A stretch of DNA of 64,000 nucleotides from Centroscyllium fabricii (Eukaryota): the NCBI GenBank assembly GCA_051313645.2, contig JBNRSN020000031.1, positions 5,642,001-5,706,000 of the forward strand, written 5' to 3'. The position numbers and the translations under genes are program-made. The notes under the pieces were generated by a model. That model was not told the DNA's origin and made no database searches. It saw only the letters and a program-made list of their open reading frames with translations. Below, one piece after another: positions 40,901-54,420 of this stretch. How positions within the stretch are numbered: the first letter of the stretch is position 1; every line of letters begins with the position of its first letter.

Positions 40901-43900
40901 ATGCTGAGTTATCATTGGCCCACAGGCATCTGTAAGGACTACCTATTATATTCACGTAATCACATGCTGAATTATCATTGGCCCACAGGCATCTGCAAGG
41001 ACTACCTATTATATTCACGTAATCACATGCTGAGTTATCATTGGCCCACAGGCATCTGTAAGGACCACCTACTATATTCACGTAATCACATGCTGAATTA
41101 TCTTTGGCCCACAGGCATTTGTAAGGACTACCTATTATATTCACGTAATCACATGCTGAGTTATCATTGGCCCACTGGCATCTGTAAGGATAACTATTGT
41201 ATTCACGTAATCAAATGCTGAGTTATCATTGGCCCACAGGCATCTGTAAGGACTACTATTGTATTCACGTAATCACATGCTGAGTTATCATTGGCCCGCA
41301 GGCTTCTGTAAGGACTACCTATTATATTCACGTAATCACATCCTGAGTTATCATTGGCCCACAGGCATCTGTAAGGACTACTATTATATTCACGTAATCA
41401 TATGCTGAGTTATCATTGGCCCACAGGCATCTGTAAGGACTACCTATTATATTCACGTAATCACATGCTGAGTTATCAGTGGCCCACAGGCATCTGTAAG
41501 GACTACCTATTATATTCAGGTAATCACATGCTGAGTTATCATTGGCCCACAGGCATCTGTAAGGACTACCTATTATATTCAGGTAATAACATGCTGAATT
41601 ATCATTGGCCCACAGGCATTTGTAAGGACTATCTTTTATATTCACGTAATCACATGCTGAGTTATCATTGGCCCACAGGCATCTGTACGGACTACCTATT
41701 ATATTCACGTAATCACATGCTGAGTTATCATTGGCCCACAGGCATCTGTATGGTCTTCTATTGTATTCACGTAATCACATGCTGAGTTATCATTTGCCCG
41801 CAGGCATCTGTAAGGACTACCTATTATATTCTCATAATCGCATGCTGAGTTATCATTGGCCCACAGGCATCTGTAAGGAGAATTATTATATTCACGTAAT
41901 CATATGCTGAGTTATCATTGGCCCAGAGGCATCTGTAAGGACTACCTAATATATTCACGTAATCACATGCTGAGTTATCATTGGCCCACAGGCATCTGTA
42001 AGGACTACCTAATATAATCACGTAATCACATGCTGAGTTATCATTGGCCCACAAGCATCTGTAAGGATTACCTATTATATTCACGTAATCACATGCTGAA
42101 TTATCATTGGACCACAGGCATTTGTAAGGATTACCTATTATATTCACGTAATCACATGCTGAGTTATTATTGGCCCACAGGCATCTGTAAGGACTACCTA
42201 TTATATTCACGTAATCACATGATGAGTTATCATATGCCCACAGGCATCTGTAAGGGCTACCTATTATATTCCCGTAATAATATGCTGAGTTATCATTGCC
42301 CACAGGCATCTGTAAGGACTACCTATTATATTCACGTAATCAAATGCTGAGTTATCATTGTCCCATAGGCATCTGTAAGGACTATCTATTATATTCAGGT
42401 AATCACATGCTGATTTCTGATTGGCCCACAGGCATCTGTAAGGACTACCTATTATATTCACGTAATCACATGCTGAGTTATCATTGGCCCACAGGCATCT
42501 GTAAGGACTACCTGTTATATTCACGTAATCACATGCTGAATTATCATTCGCCAACAGGCATTTGTAAGGACTACCTATTATATTCACGTATTCACATGCT
42601 GAGTTATCATTGGCCCACAGGCATCTGTAAGGACTACCTATTAAATTCACGTAATCACATGCTGAGTTATCATTGGCCAACAGGCATCTGTAAGGACTAC
42701 CTATTATATTCACGTAATCATATGCTGAGTTATCATCGGCCAACAGACATCTGTAAGGACAACCTATTGTATTCAAGTAATCACATGCTGAGTTATCATT
42801 GGCCCACAGGCATCTGTAAGGACTACCTATTATATTTACATAACCACATGCTCAGTTATCATTGGCCCACAGGCATCTGTATGGACTACCTATATTATTC
42901 ACGTAATCACATACTGAGTTATCATTGGCCCACAGGTATCTGTAAGGACTACATATTATATTCATGTAATCACATGCTGAGCTATCATTGGCCCACAGGC
43001 ATCTGGAAGGACAACCTATTATATTCACGTAATCACATGCAAAATTATCATTGGACAAAAGGCATCTGTAAGGACAACCTATTATATTCACGTAATCACA
43101 TGTTGAGTTATCATTGGCCAAGAGGCATCCGGAAGGACTACTTATTATATTCACGTGATCACATGCTGAGTTATCATTCGCCCACAGGCATATGGAAGGA
43201 CTACCTATTATTTTCACGTAATCACATGCTGAGTTATCATTGGCCCACAGGCATCTGTAAGGACTACCTATTATATTCAGGTAATCACATGCTGAATTAT
43301 CATTGGCCCACAATCATCTGTAAGGACTACCTATTATATTCACATAATCACATGCTGAATTATCATTGGCCCACAGGCATCTGTAAGGACAACCTGTTAT
43401 ATTCACGTAATCACATGCTGAGTTATCATTGGCCCACAGGCATCTGTATGGTCTACTATTGTATTCACGTAATCACATGCTGAGTTATCATTGGCCCGCA
43501 GGCATCTGTAAGAACTACATATTATATTCTCATAATCACATGCTGAGTTATCATTGGCCCACAGGCATCTGTAAGGAGAATTATTATATTCACGTAATCA
43601 CATGCTGAGTTATCATTGGCCCGCAGGCATCTGTAAGGACTACCAATCATATTCACGTGATCACATGCTGAGTTATCATTGGCCCACAGGCATCTGTAAG
43701 GACTACTATTGTATTCACATAACCAAATGCTGAGTTATCATTGGCCCACAGGCATCTGTAAGGACTACTATTGTATTCACGTAATCACATGCTGAGTTTT
43801 CATTGGCCCACTGGCATCTGTAAGGACGACTAATGTATTCACGTAATCAAATGCTGAGTTAACATTGGCCCACAGGCATCTGTAAGGTCTACTATTGTAT

Positions 43901-46719
43901 TCATGTAATCACATGCTGAGTTATCATTGGCCCGCAGGCATCTGTAAGGACTACCTATTATATTCACATAATCACATGTTGAGTTATCATTGGCCCACAG
44001 GCATCTGTAAGGACTACTATTATATTCACGTAATCATATGCTGAGTTATCATTGGCCCACAGGCATCTGTAAGGACTACCTAATATATTCACGTAATCAC
44101 ATGCTGAGTTATCATTGGCCCACAGGCATCTGTAAGTTCTACCTATTATATTCACGTAATCACATGCTGGGTTATCATTGGCCCACAGGCATCTGTAAGG
44201 ACTACCGATTATATTCACGTAATCACATGCTGACTTATCATTGGACCACAGGCATTTGTAAGGACTACCTATTATATTCACGTAATCACATGCTGAGTTA
44301 TTATTGGCCCACAGGCATCTGTAAGGACAACCTATTATATTCATTTAATCACATGATGAGTTACCATATGCCCACAGGCATCTGCAAGGGCTACCTATTA
44401 TATTCCCGTAATAATATGCTGAGTTATCATTGCCCACAGGCATCTGTAAGGACTACCTATTATATTCAGGTAATCACATGCTGAATTCTGATTGGCCCAC
44501 AGGCATCTGTAAGGATTAGCTATTATATTCACGTAATCACATGCTGAGTTATCATTGGCCCACAGGCATCTGTAAGGACTACCTGTTATATTCACGTAAT
44601 CACATGCTGAGTTATCATTCGCCAACAGGCATTTGTAAGGACAACCTATTATATTCACGTATTCACATGCTGAGTTATCATTGGCCAACAGGCATCTGTA
44701 AGGACTACGTATTATATTCACGTAATCATATGCTGAGTTATCATCGGCCAACAGACATCTGTAAGGACAACCTATTGTATTCAAGTAATCACATGCTGAG
44801 TTATCATTGGCCCACAGGCATCTGTAAGGACTACCTATTATATTTACATAACCACATGCTGAGTTATCATTGGCCCACAGGCATCTGTATGGACTACCTA
44901 TTTTATTCACGTAATCACATACTGAGTTATCATTGGCCCACAGGTATCTGTAAGGACTACCTATTATATTCATGTAATCACATGCTGAGCTATCATTGGC
45001 CCACAGGCATCTGGAAGGACTACCTATTATATTCACGTTATCACATGCAAAATTATCATTGGACCAAAGGCATCTGTAAGGACAACCTATTATATTCACG
45101 TAATCACATGTTGAGTTATCATTGGCCAACAGGCATCCGGAAGGACTACTCATTATATTCACGTAATCACATGCTGAGTTATCATTGGCCCACAGGCATC
45201 TGGAAGGACTACCTATTATATTCACGTAATCACATGCTGAGTTATCATTGGCCCACAGGCATCTGTAAGGACTACCTATTATATTCAGGTAATCTCATGC
45301 TGAATTATCATTGGCCCACAATCATCTGTAAGGACTACCTATTATATTCACGTAATCACATGCTGAATTATCATTGGCCCACAGGCATCTGTAAGGACAA
45401 CCTGTTATATTCACTTAATCACATGCGGAGTTATCATTGGCCCACAGGCATCTGTAAGGACTACCTATTATATTCACGTAGTCACATGCTGAGATATCAT
45501 TGGCCCACAGGCATCTGTAAGGACTACCTATTATATTCACGTAATCACATGCTGAGTTATCATTGGCCCACAGGCATCTGTAAGGACTACCTATTATATT
45601 CACGTAATCACATGCTGAATTATCATTGGCCCACAGTCATCTGTAAGGACTGCCTATTATATTCACGTAATCACATGCTGAGTTATCATTGGCCCACAGG
45701 CATCTGTAAGGACTACCTATTATATTCACGTAATCACATGCTGAGATATCATTGGCCCACAGGCATCTGTAAGGGCTACCTATTATATTCACGTAATCAC
45801 ATGCTAAGTTATCATTGGCCCACAGGCATCTGTAAGGACTACCTATTATATTCACGTAATCACATGCTGAATTATCATTGGCCCACAGGCATCTGTAAGG
45901 ACTACCTATTATATTCACGTAATCACATGCTGAGTTATCATTGGCCCACAGGCATCTGTAAGGATTACCTATTATATTCACGTAATCACATGCTCAGTTA
46001 TCATTGGCCCACAGGCATCTGGAAGGACTACCTATTATATTCAGGTAATCTCATGCTGAATTATCATTGGACCAAAGGCAACTGTAAGGACTACTATTGT
46101 ATTCACGTAATCTCATGCGGTGTTATCATTGGCCCACAGGCATCTCTAAGGACTACCTATTATATTTACATAATCACATGCTGAGTTAACATTGGCCTAC
46201 AGGCATCTGGAAGGTCTACCTATTATATTCACGTAATCACATGCTGAGTTATCATTGGCCCACAGGCATCTGGATGGACTACCTATTATATTCACGTAAT
46301 CACATGCTGAATTAACATTGGACCAAAGGCATCTGTAAGGACTACCTATTATATTCACGTAATCACATGTTGAGTTATCATTGGCCCACAGGAATCTGTA
46401 AGGAGTACCTATTATATTCACGTAATCACAAGCTGAATTATCATTGCCCACAGGCATCTGTAAGGACAACCTATTATATTCACGTAATCACATGCTGAGT
46501 TATCATTGGCCCACTGGCATCTGTAAGGACTAATATTGTATTCACTTAACCACATGCTGAGTTATCATTGGCCGCAGGCGTCTGTAAGGACTACCTATTA
46601 TATTCACGTAATCACATGCTGAGTTATCATTGGCCCACAGGCATCTGTATGGACCACCTATTATATTCACGTAATCACATGCTGAGTTATCATTGGCCCA
46701 CAGGCATCTGTAAGGACTA

Positions 46720-49700
46720 CCTGTTATATTCAAGTAATCACTTGTTGAGTTATCATTGGCCCACAGGCATCTGGAAGGACTTCCTATTATATTCACGTAA
46801 TCACATGCTGAATTATCATTGGACCAAAGGCATCTGTAAGGAATACCTATTATATACACGTAATCACATGCTGAGTTATCATTGGCCCACTGTCATCTGT
46901 AAGGACTACTATTGGATTCACTTAACCACATGCTGAGTTATCATTGGCCGCAGGCATCTGTAAGGACTACCCATTATATTCACGTAATCACATGCTGAGT
47001 TATCACTGGCCCACAGTCATCTGTAAGGACTACTGTTGTATTCACGTAATCAAATGCTGAGTTATCATTGGCCCACAGGCATCTGTAAGGACGTCCTATT
47101 ATATTCACGTAATCACATGCTGAGTTATCATTGGCTCACAGGCATCTGTAAGGACTACCTGTTATATTCATGTAATCACATGCTGAGTTATCATTGGCCC
47201 ACAGGCATTTGTAAGGACTACGTATTATATTCACGTATTCACATGTTGAGTTATTATTGGCCCACAGTCATTTGTAAGGACTACTTATTATATTCACGTA
47301 ATCACATGCTGAGTTATCATTGGCCCACATGCATCTGTAAGGACTACCTATTATATTCACGTAATCACATGCTGAGATATCATTGGCCCACAGGCATCTG
47401 TAAGGACTATCTATTATATTCACGTAATCACATGCTAAGTTATCATTGGCCCACAGGCGTCTGTAAGGACTACATTTTATATTCACGTAATCACATGCTG
47501 TATTATCATTGGCCCACAGGCATCTGTAATGACTACCAATTATATTTACGTAATCACATGCTGAGATATCATTGGCCCGCAGGCATCTGTAAGGACTACC
47601 TATTATATTCCCGTAATATATGCAGAGTTATCATTGGCCCACAGGCACCTGTAAGGAATAACTATTATATTCACCTAATCAAATGCTGAGTTATCATTGG
47701 CCCACAGGTATCTGTAAGGACAACCTATTATATTCAGGTAATCACATGCTGAATAATCATTGGCCTACAGGCATCTGTAAGGACTACCTAATATATTCAC
47801 GTAATGACATGCTGAGTTATCAATGGCCCACAGGCATCTGTAAGGACTACCTGTTATATTCACGTAATCACAAGCTGAGTTATCATTGGCCCACAGGCAT
47901 TTGTAAGGACTACCTATTATATTCACGTAATCACATGCTGGGATATCTTTGGCCAACAGGCATCTGTAAGGACAACCTATTATATTCACGTAATCACATG
48001 CAAAATTATCATTGGACCACAGGCATCAGTAAGGACTACCTATTATATTCACGTAATTACATGCTGAGTTATCATTGGCCCACAGGCATCTGTAAGGACG
48101 ACATATTATATTCACGTAATCACATGCTGAGATATCATTGGCCCACAGGCATCTGTAAGGACTACCTATTATATTCACGTAATCACATGCTAAGTTATCA
48201 TTGGCCCACAGGCATCTGTAAGGACTACCTATTATGTTCACATAATCACATGCTGAGTTATCATTGGCCCGCAGGCATCTGTAAGGACTACCTATTATAT
48301 TCACATAGTCACATGCTGAGTAATCATTGGCCCACAGGCATCTGTAAGGACTACTATTATATTCACGTAATCATATGCTGAGTTATCATTGGCCAACAGG
48401 CATCTGTAAGGACTACATAATATATTCACGTAATCACATGCTGAGTTATCATTGGCCCGCAGGCATCTGTAAGGACTACCTATTATAATCACGTAATCAC
48501 ATGCTGAGTTATCATTGGCCCACAGGCATCTGTAAGGACTACCTATTATATTCACGTAATCACATGCTGAATTATCATTGGACCACAGGCATTTGTAAGG
48601 ACTACCTATTATATTCACGTAATCACATGCTGAGTTATTATTGGCCCACAGGCATCTGTAAGGACTACCTATTATTTTCACATAATCACATGATGAGTTA
48701 TCATATGCCCACAGGCATCTGTAAGGGCTTCCTATTATATTCCCGTAATAATATGCTGAGTTATCATTGCCCACAGGCATTTGTAAGGACTACCTATTAT
48801 ATTCACGTAATCAAATGCTGAGTTATCATTGGCCCACAGGCATCTGTAAGGACTACCTATTATATTCAGGTAATCACATGCTGAATTATGATTGGCCCAC
48901 AGGCATCTGTAAGGACTACCTATTATATTCACGTAATCACATGCTGAGTTATCATTGGCCCACAGGCATCTGTAAGGACTACCTGTTATATTCACGTAAT
49001 CACATGCTGAGTACCATTCGCCAACAGGCATTTGTAAGGACTACCTATTATATTCACGTATTCACATGCTGAGTTATCATTGGCCCACAGGCATCTGTAA
49101 GGACTACCTATTATATTCACGTAATCACATGCTGAGTTATCATTGGCCAACAGGCATCTGTAAGGACTACCTATTATATTCACGTAATCATATGCTGAGT
49201 TATCATCGGCCAACAGACATCTGTAAGGACAACCGATTGTATTCAAGTAATCACATGCTGAGTTATCATTGGCCCACAGGCATCTGTAAGGACAACCTAT
49301 TATATTCACATAATCACATGCTGAGTTATCATTGGCCCACAGGCATCTGTATGGACTACCTATTTTATTCACGTAATCATACGCTGAGTTATCATTGGCT
49401 CACAGGTATCTGTAAGGACTACCTATTGTATTCAAGTAATCACATGCTGAGTTATCATTGGCCCACAGGCATCTGAAAGGACTACCTATTATATTCACGT
49501 AATCACATGCTGAATTATCATTGGACCAAAGGCATCTGTAAGGACAGCCTATTATATTCAGGTAATCACATGTTGAGTTATCATTGGCCCACAGGCATCT
49601 GTAAGGACTACTTATTATTTTCACGTAATCACATGCTGAGTTATCATTGGCCCACAGGCATATGGAAGGACTACCTATTATATTCACGTAATCACATGCT

Positions 49701-52700
49701 GAATTATCATTGGACCAAAAGCATCTGTAAGGACTACTATTGTATTCACGTAATCACATGCTGAGATATCATTGGCCCACAGGCATCTGTAAGGACTACC
49801 TATTATATTTACGTAATCACATGCTGAGTTATCATTGGCCCACAGGTTTCTGGAAGGACTACCTATTATATTCACGTAATCACATGCTGAATTATCATTG
49901 GACCAAAGGCATCTGTAAGGAATACCTATTATATTCAAGTAATCACTTGTTGAGTTATCATTGGCCCACAGGCATCTGGAAGGACATCCTATTATATTCA
50001 CGTAATCACATGCTGAATTATCATTGGACCAAAGGCATCTGTAAGGACTACCTATTATATCCACGTAATCGCATGCTGAGTTATCATTGGCCTACTGGCA
50101 TCTGTAAGGACTACTATTGTATTCACTTAACCACATGCTGAGTTATCATTGGCCGCAGGCATCTGTAAGGACTACCCATTATATTCACGTAAACACATGC
50201 TGAGTTATCATTGGCCCACAGTCATCTGTAAGGACTACTATTGTATTCACGTAATCAAATGCTGAGTTATCATTGGCACACAGGCATCTGTAAGGACGTC
50301 CTATAATATTCACGTAATCACATGCTGAGTTATCATTGGCTCACAGGCATCTGTAAGGACTACCTGTTATATTCATGTAATCACATGCTGAGTTATCATT
50401 GGCCCACAGGCATTTGTAAGGACTACGTATTATATTCACGTATTCACATGCTGAATTATTATTGGCCCACAGTCATTTGTAAGGACTACCTATTATATTC
50501 ACGTAATCACATGCTGAGTTATCATTGGCCCACATGCATCTGTAAGGACTACCTATTATATTCACGTAATCACATGCTGAGATATCATTGGCCCACAGGC
50601 ATCTGTAAGGACCATCTATTATATTCACGTAATCACATGCTAAGTTATCATTGGCCCACAGGCATCTGTAAGGACTACCTTTTATATTCACGTAATCACA
50701 TGCTGTATTATCATTGGCCCACAGGCATCTGTAATGACTACCAATTATATTTACGTAATCACATGCTGAGATATCATTGGCCCGCAGGCATCTGTAAGGA
50801 CTACCTATTATATTCCCGTAATATATGCAGAGTTAACATTGGCCCACAGGCATCTGTAAGGAATAACTATTATATTCACCTAATCAAATGCTGAGTTATC
50901 ATTGGCCCACAGGTATCTGTAAGGACAACCCATTATATACAGTTAATCACATGCTGAATTATCATTGGCCCACATGCATCTGTAAGGACTACCTATTATA
51001 TTCACGTAATGACATGCTGTGTTATCAATGGCCCACAGGCATCTGTAAGGACTACCTGTTATATTCACGTAATCACATGCTGAGTTATCATTGGCCCACA
51101 GGCATTTGTAAGGACTACATATTATATTCACGTAATCACATGCTGAGATATCATTGGCCAACAGGCATCTGTAAGGACTACATATTATATTCACGTAATC
51201 ACATGCTGAATTATCATTGGCCCACAGGCATCAGTAAGGACTACCTATTATATTCACGTAATTACATGCAGAGTTATCATTGGCCCACAGGCATCTGTAA
51301 GGACGACATATTATATTCACGTAATCACATGCTGAGATATCTTTGGCCCACAGGCATCTGTAAGGACTACCTATTATATTCACGTAATCACATGCTAAGT
51401 TATCGTTGGCCCACAGGCATCTGTAAGGACTACCTATTATATTTACGTAATCACATGCTGAGTTATCATTGGCCCACAGGCTTCTGGAAGGACTACCTAT
51501 TATATTCACGTAATCACATGCTGAATTATCATTGGACCAAAGGCATCTGTAAGGAATACCTATTATATTCAAGTAATCACTTGTTGAGTTATCATTGGCC
51601 CACAGGCATCTGGAAGGAATTCCTATTATATTCACGTAATCACATGCTGAATTATCATTGGACCAAAGGCATCTGTAAGGACTACCTATTATATTCACGT
51701 AATCACATGCTGAGTTATCATTGGCCCACTGGCATCTGTAAGGACTACTATTGTATTCACTTAACCACAAGCTGAGTTATCATTGGCCGCAGGCATCTGT
51801 AAGGACTACCTATTATATTCACGTAATCACATGCTGAGTTATCATTGGCCCACAGTCATCTGTAAGGACTACTATTGTATTCACGTAATCAAATGCTGAG
51901 TTATCATTGGCCCACAGGCATCTGTAAGGACGTCCTATTATATTCACGTAATCACATGCTGAGTTATCATTGGCTCACAGGCATCTGTAAGGATTACCTG
52001 TTATATTCATGTAATCACATGCTGAGTTATCATTGGCCCACAGGCATTTGTAAGGACTACGTATTATATTCACATATTCACATGCTGAGTTATTATTGGC
52101 CCACAGTCATTTGTAAGGACTACCTATTATATTCACGTAATCACATGCTGAGTTATCATTGGCCCACATGCATCTGTAAGGACTACCTATTATATTCACG
52201 TAATCACATGCTGAGATATCATTGGCCCACAGGCATCTGTAAGGACTATCTATTATATTCACGTAATCACATGCTAAGTTATCATTGGCCCACAGGCATC
52301 TGTAAGGACTACCTTTTATATTCACGTAATCACATGCTGTATTATCATTGGCCCACAGGCATCTGTAATGACTACCAATTATATTTACGTAATCACATGC
52401 TGAGATATCATTGGCCCGCAGGCATCTGTAAGGACTACCTATTATATTCCCGTAATATACGCAGAGTTATCATTGGCCCACAGGCATCTGTAAGGAATAA
52501 CTATTATATTCACCTAATCAAATGCTGAGTTATCATTGGCCCACAGGTAACTGTAAGGACAACCTATTATATTCAGTGAATCACATGCTGAATTATCATT
52601 GGCCCACAGGCATCTGTAAGGACTACCTATTATATTCACGTAATCACATGCTGAGTTATCAATGGCCCACAGGCATCTGTAAGGACTACCTGTTATATTC

Positions 52701-54420
52701 ACGTAATCACATGCTGAGTTATCATTGGCCCACAGGCATTAGTAAGGACTACCTATTATATTCACGTAATCACATGCTGAGATATCATTGGCCAACAGGC
52801 ATCTGTAAGGACTACCTATTATATTCACGTAATCACATGCTGAATTATCATTGGCCCACAGGCATCAGTAAGGACTACCTATTATATTCACGTAATTACA
52901 TGCTGAGTTATCATTGGCCCACAGGCATCTGTAAGGACGACATATTATATTCACGTAATCACATGCTGAGATATCATTGGGCCACAGGCATCTGTAAGGA
53001 CTACCTATTATATTCACGTAATCACATGCTAAGTAATCATTGGCCCACAGGCATCTGTAAGGATTACCTATTATATTCACATAATTACATGCTGAGTTAT
53101 CATTGGCCCGCAGGAATCTGTAAGGACTACCCATTATATTCACATAATCACATGCTGAGTTATCATTGGCCCACAGGCATCTGTAAGGACTACTATTATA
53201 TTCACGTAATCATATGCTGAGTTATCATTGGCCCAAAGGCATCTGTAAGGACTACATAATATATTCACGTAATCACATGCTGAGTTATCATTGGCCCACA
53301 GGCATCTGTAAGGACTACCTAATATAATCACGTAATGACATGCTGAGTTATCATTGGCCCACAGGCATCTGTAAGGACTACATATTATATTCACGTAATC
53401 ACATGCTGAATTATCATTGGACCACAGGCATTTGTAAGGACTAGCTATTATATTCACGTAATCACATGCTGAGTTAATATTGGCCCACAGGCATCTGTAA
53501 GGACAACCTATTATTTTCACGTAATCACATGATGAGTTATCATATGCCCACAGGCATCTGTAAGGGCTTGCTATTATATTCCCGTAATAATATGCTGAGT
53601 TATCATTGCCCACAGGCATCTGTAAGGACTACCTATTATATTCACGTAATCAAATGCTGAGTTATCATTGGCCCACAGGCATCTGTAAGGACTACCTATT
53701 ATATTCAGGTAATCACATGCTGAATTATGGTTGGCCCACAGGCATCTGTAAGGACTACCTATTATATTCACGTAATCACATGCTGAGTTATCATTGGCCC
53801 ACAGGCATCTGTAAGGACTACCTGTTATATTCTCGTAATCACATGCTGAGTACCATTCGCCAACAGGCATTTGTAAGGACTACCTATTATATTCACGTAT
53901 TCACATGCTGAGTTATCATTGGCCCACAGGCATCTGTAAGATCTACCTATTGTATTCACGTAATCACATGCTGAGTTATCATTGGCCAACAGGCATCTGT
54001 AAGGACTACCTATTATATTCACGTAATCATATGCTGAGTTATCATCGGCCAACAGACATCTGTAAGGACAACCTATTGTATTCAAGTATTCACATGCTGA
54101 GTTATCATTGGCCCACAGGCATCTGTAAGGACTACCTATTATATTCACATAATCACATGCTGTGTTATCATTGGCCCACAGGCATCTGTATGGACTACCT
54201 ATTTTATTCACGTAATCACATGCTGAGTTATCATTGGCTCACAGGTATCTGTAAGGACTACCTATTGTATTCAAGTAATCACATGCTGAGATATCATTGG
54301 CCCACAGGCATCTGGAAGGACTACCTATTATATTCATGTAATCACATGCTGAATTATCATTGGACCAAAGGCATCTGTAAGGACAGCCTATTATATTCAG
54401 GTAATCACATGTTGAGTTAT
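46720..54420. repeat. Right-domain higher-order repeat, period 4839 bp (about 77 monomers): ~46720-49580 matches ~51560-54420, with a partial third copy at ~49900-51400
   Basis: ORF pairs 47036/51875, 47683/52522, 48301/53140, 48767/53606 and 49066/53905 all differ by 4839; 47268/50473 differ by 3205. Shared markers are GGACGTCC, GGCTCACAGG, GCTGTATTATC, GGAATAACTATT and GAGTACCATTCG. Confidence 0.88.

Noticed and set aside
44541-46184. C2H2 zinc-finger or other metal-binding repeat protein
   Set aside because: The unit is 21 aa with one Cys. There is no C-x2-4-C...H-x3-5-H spacing or TGEKPY linker, and C2H2 arrays have an 84-bp period.
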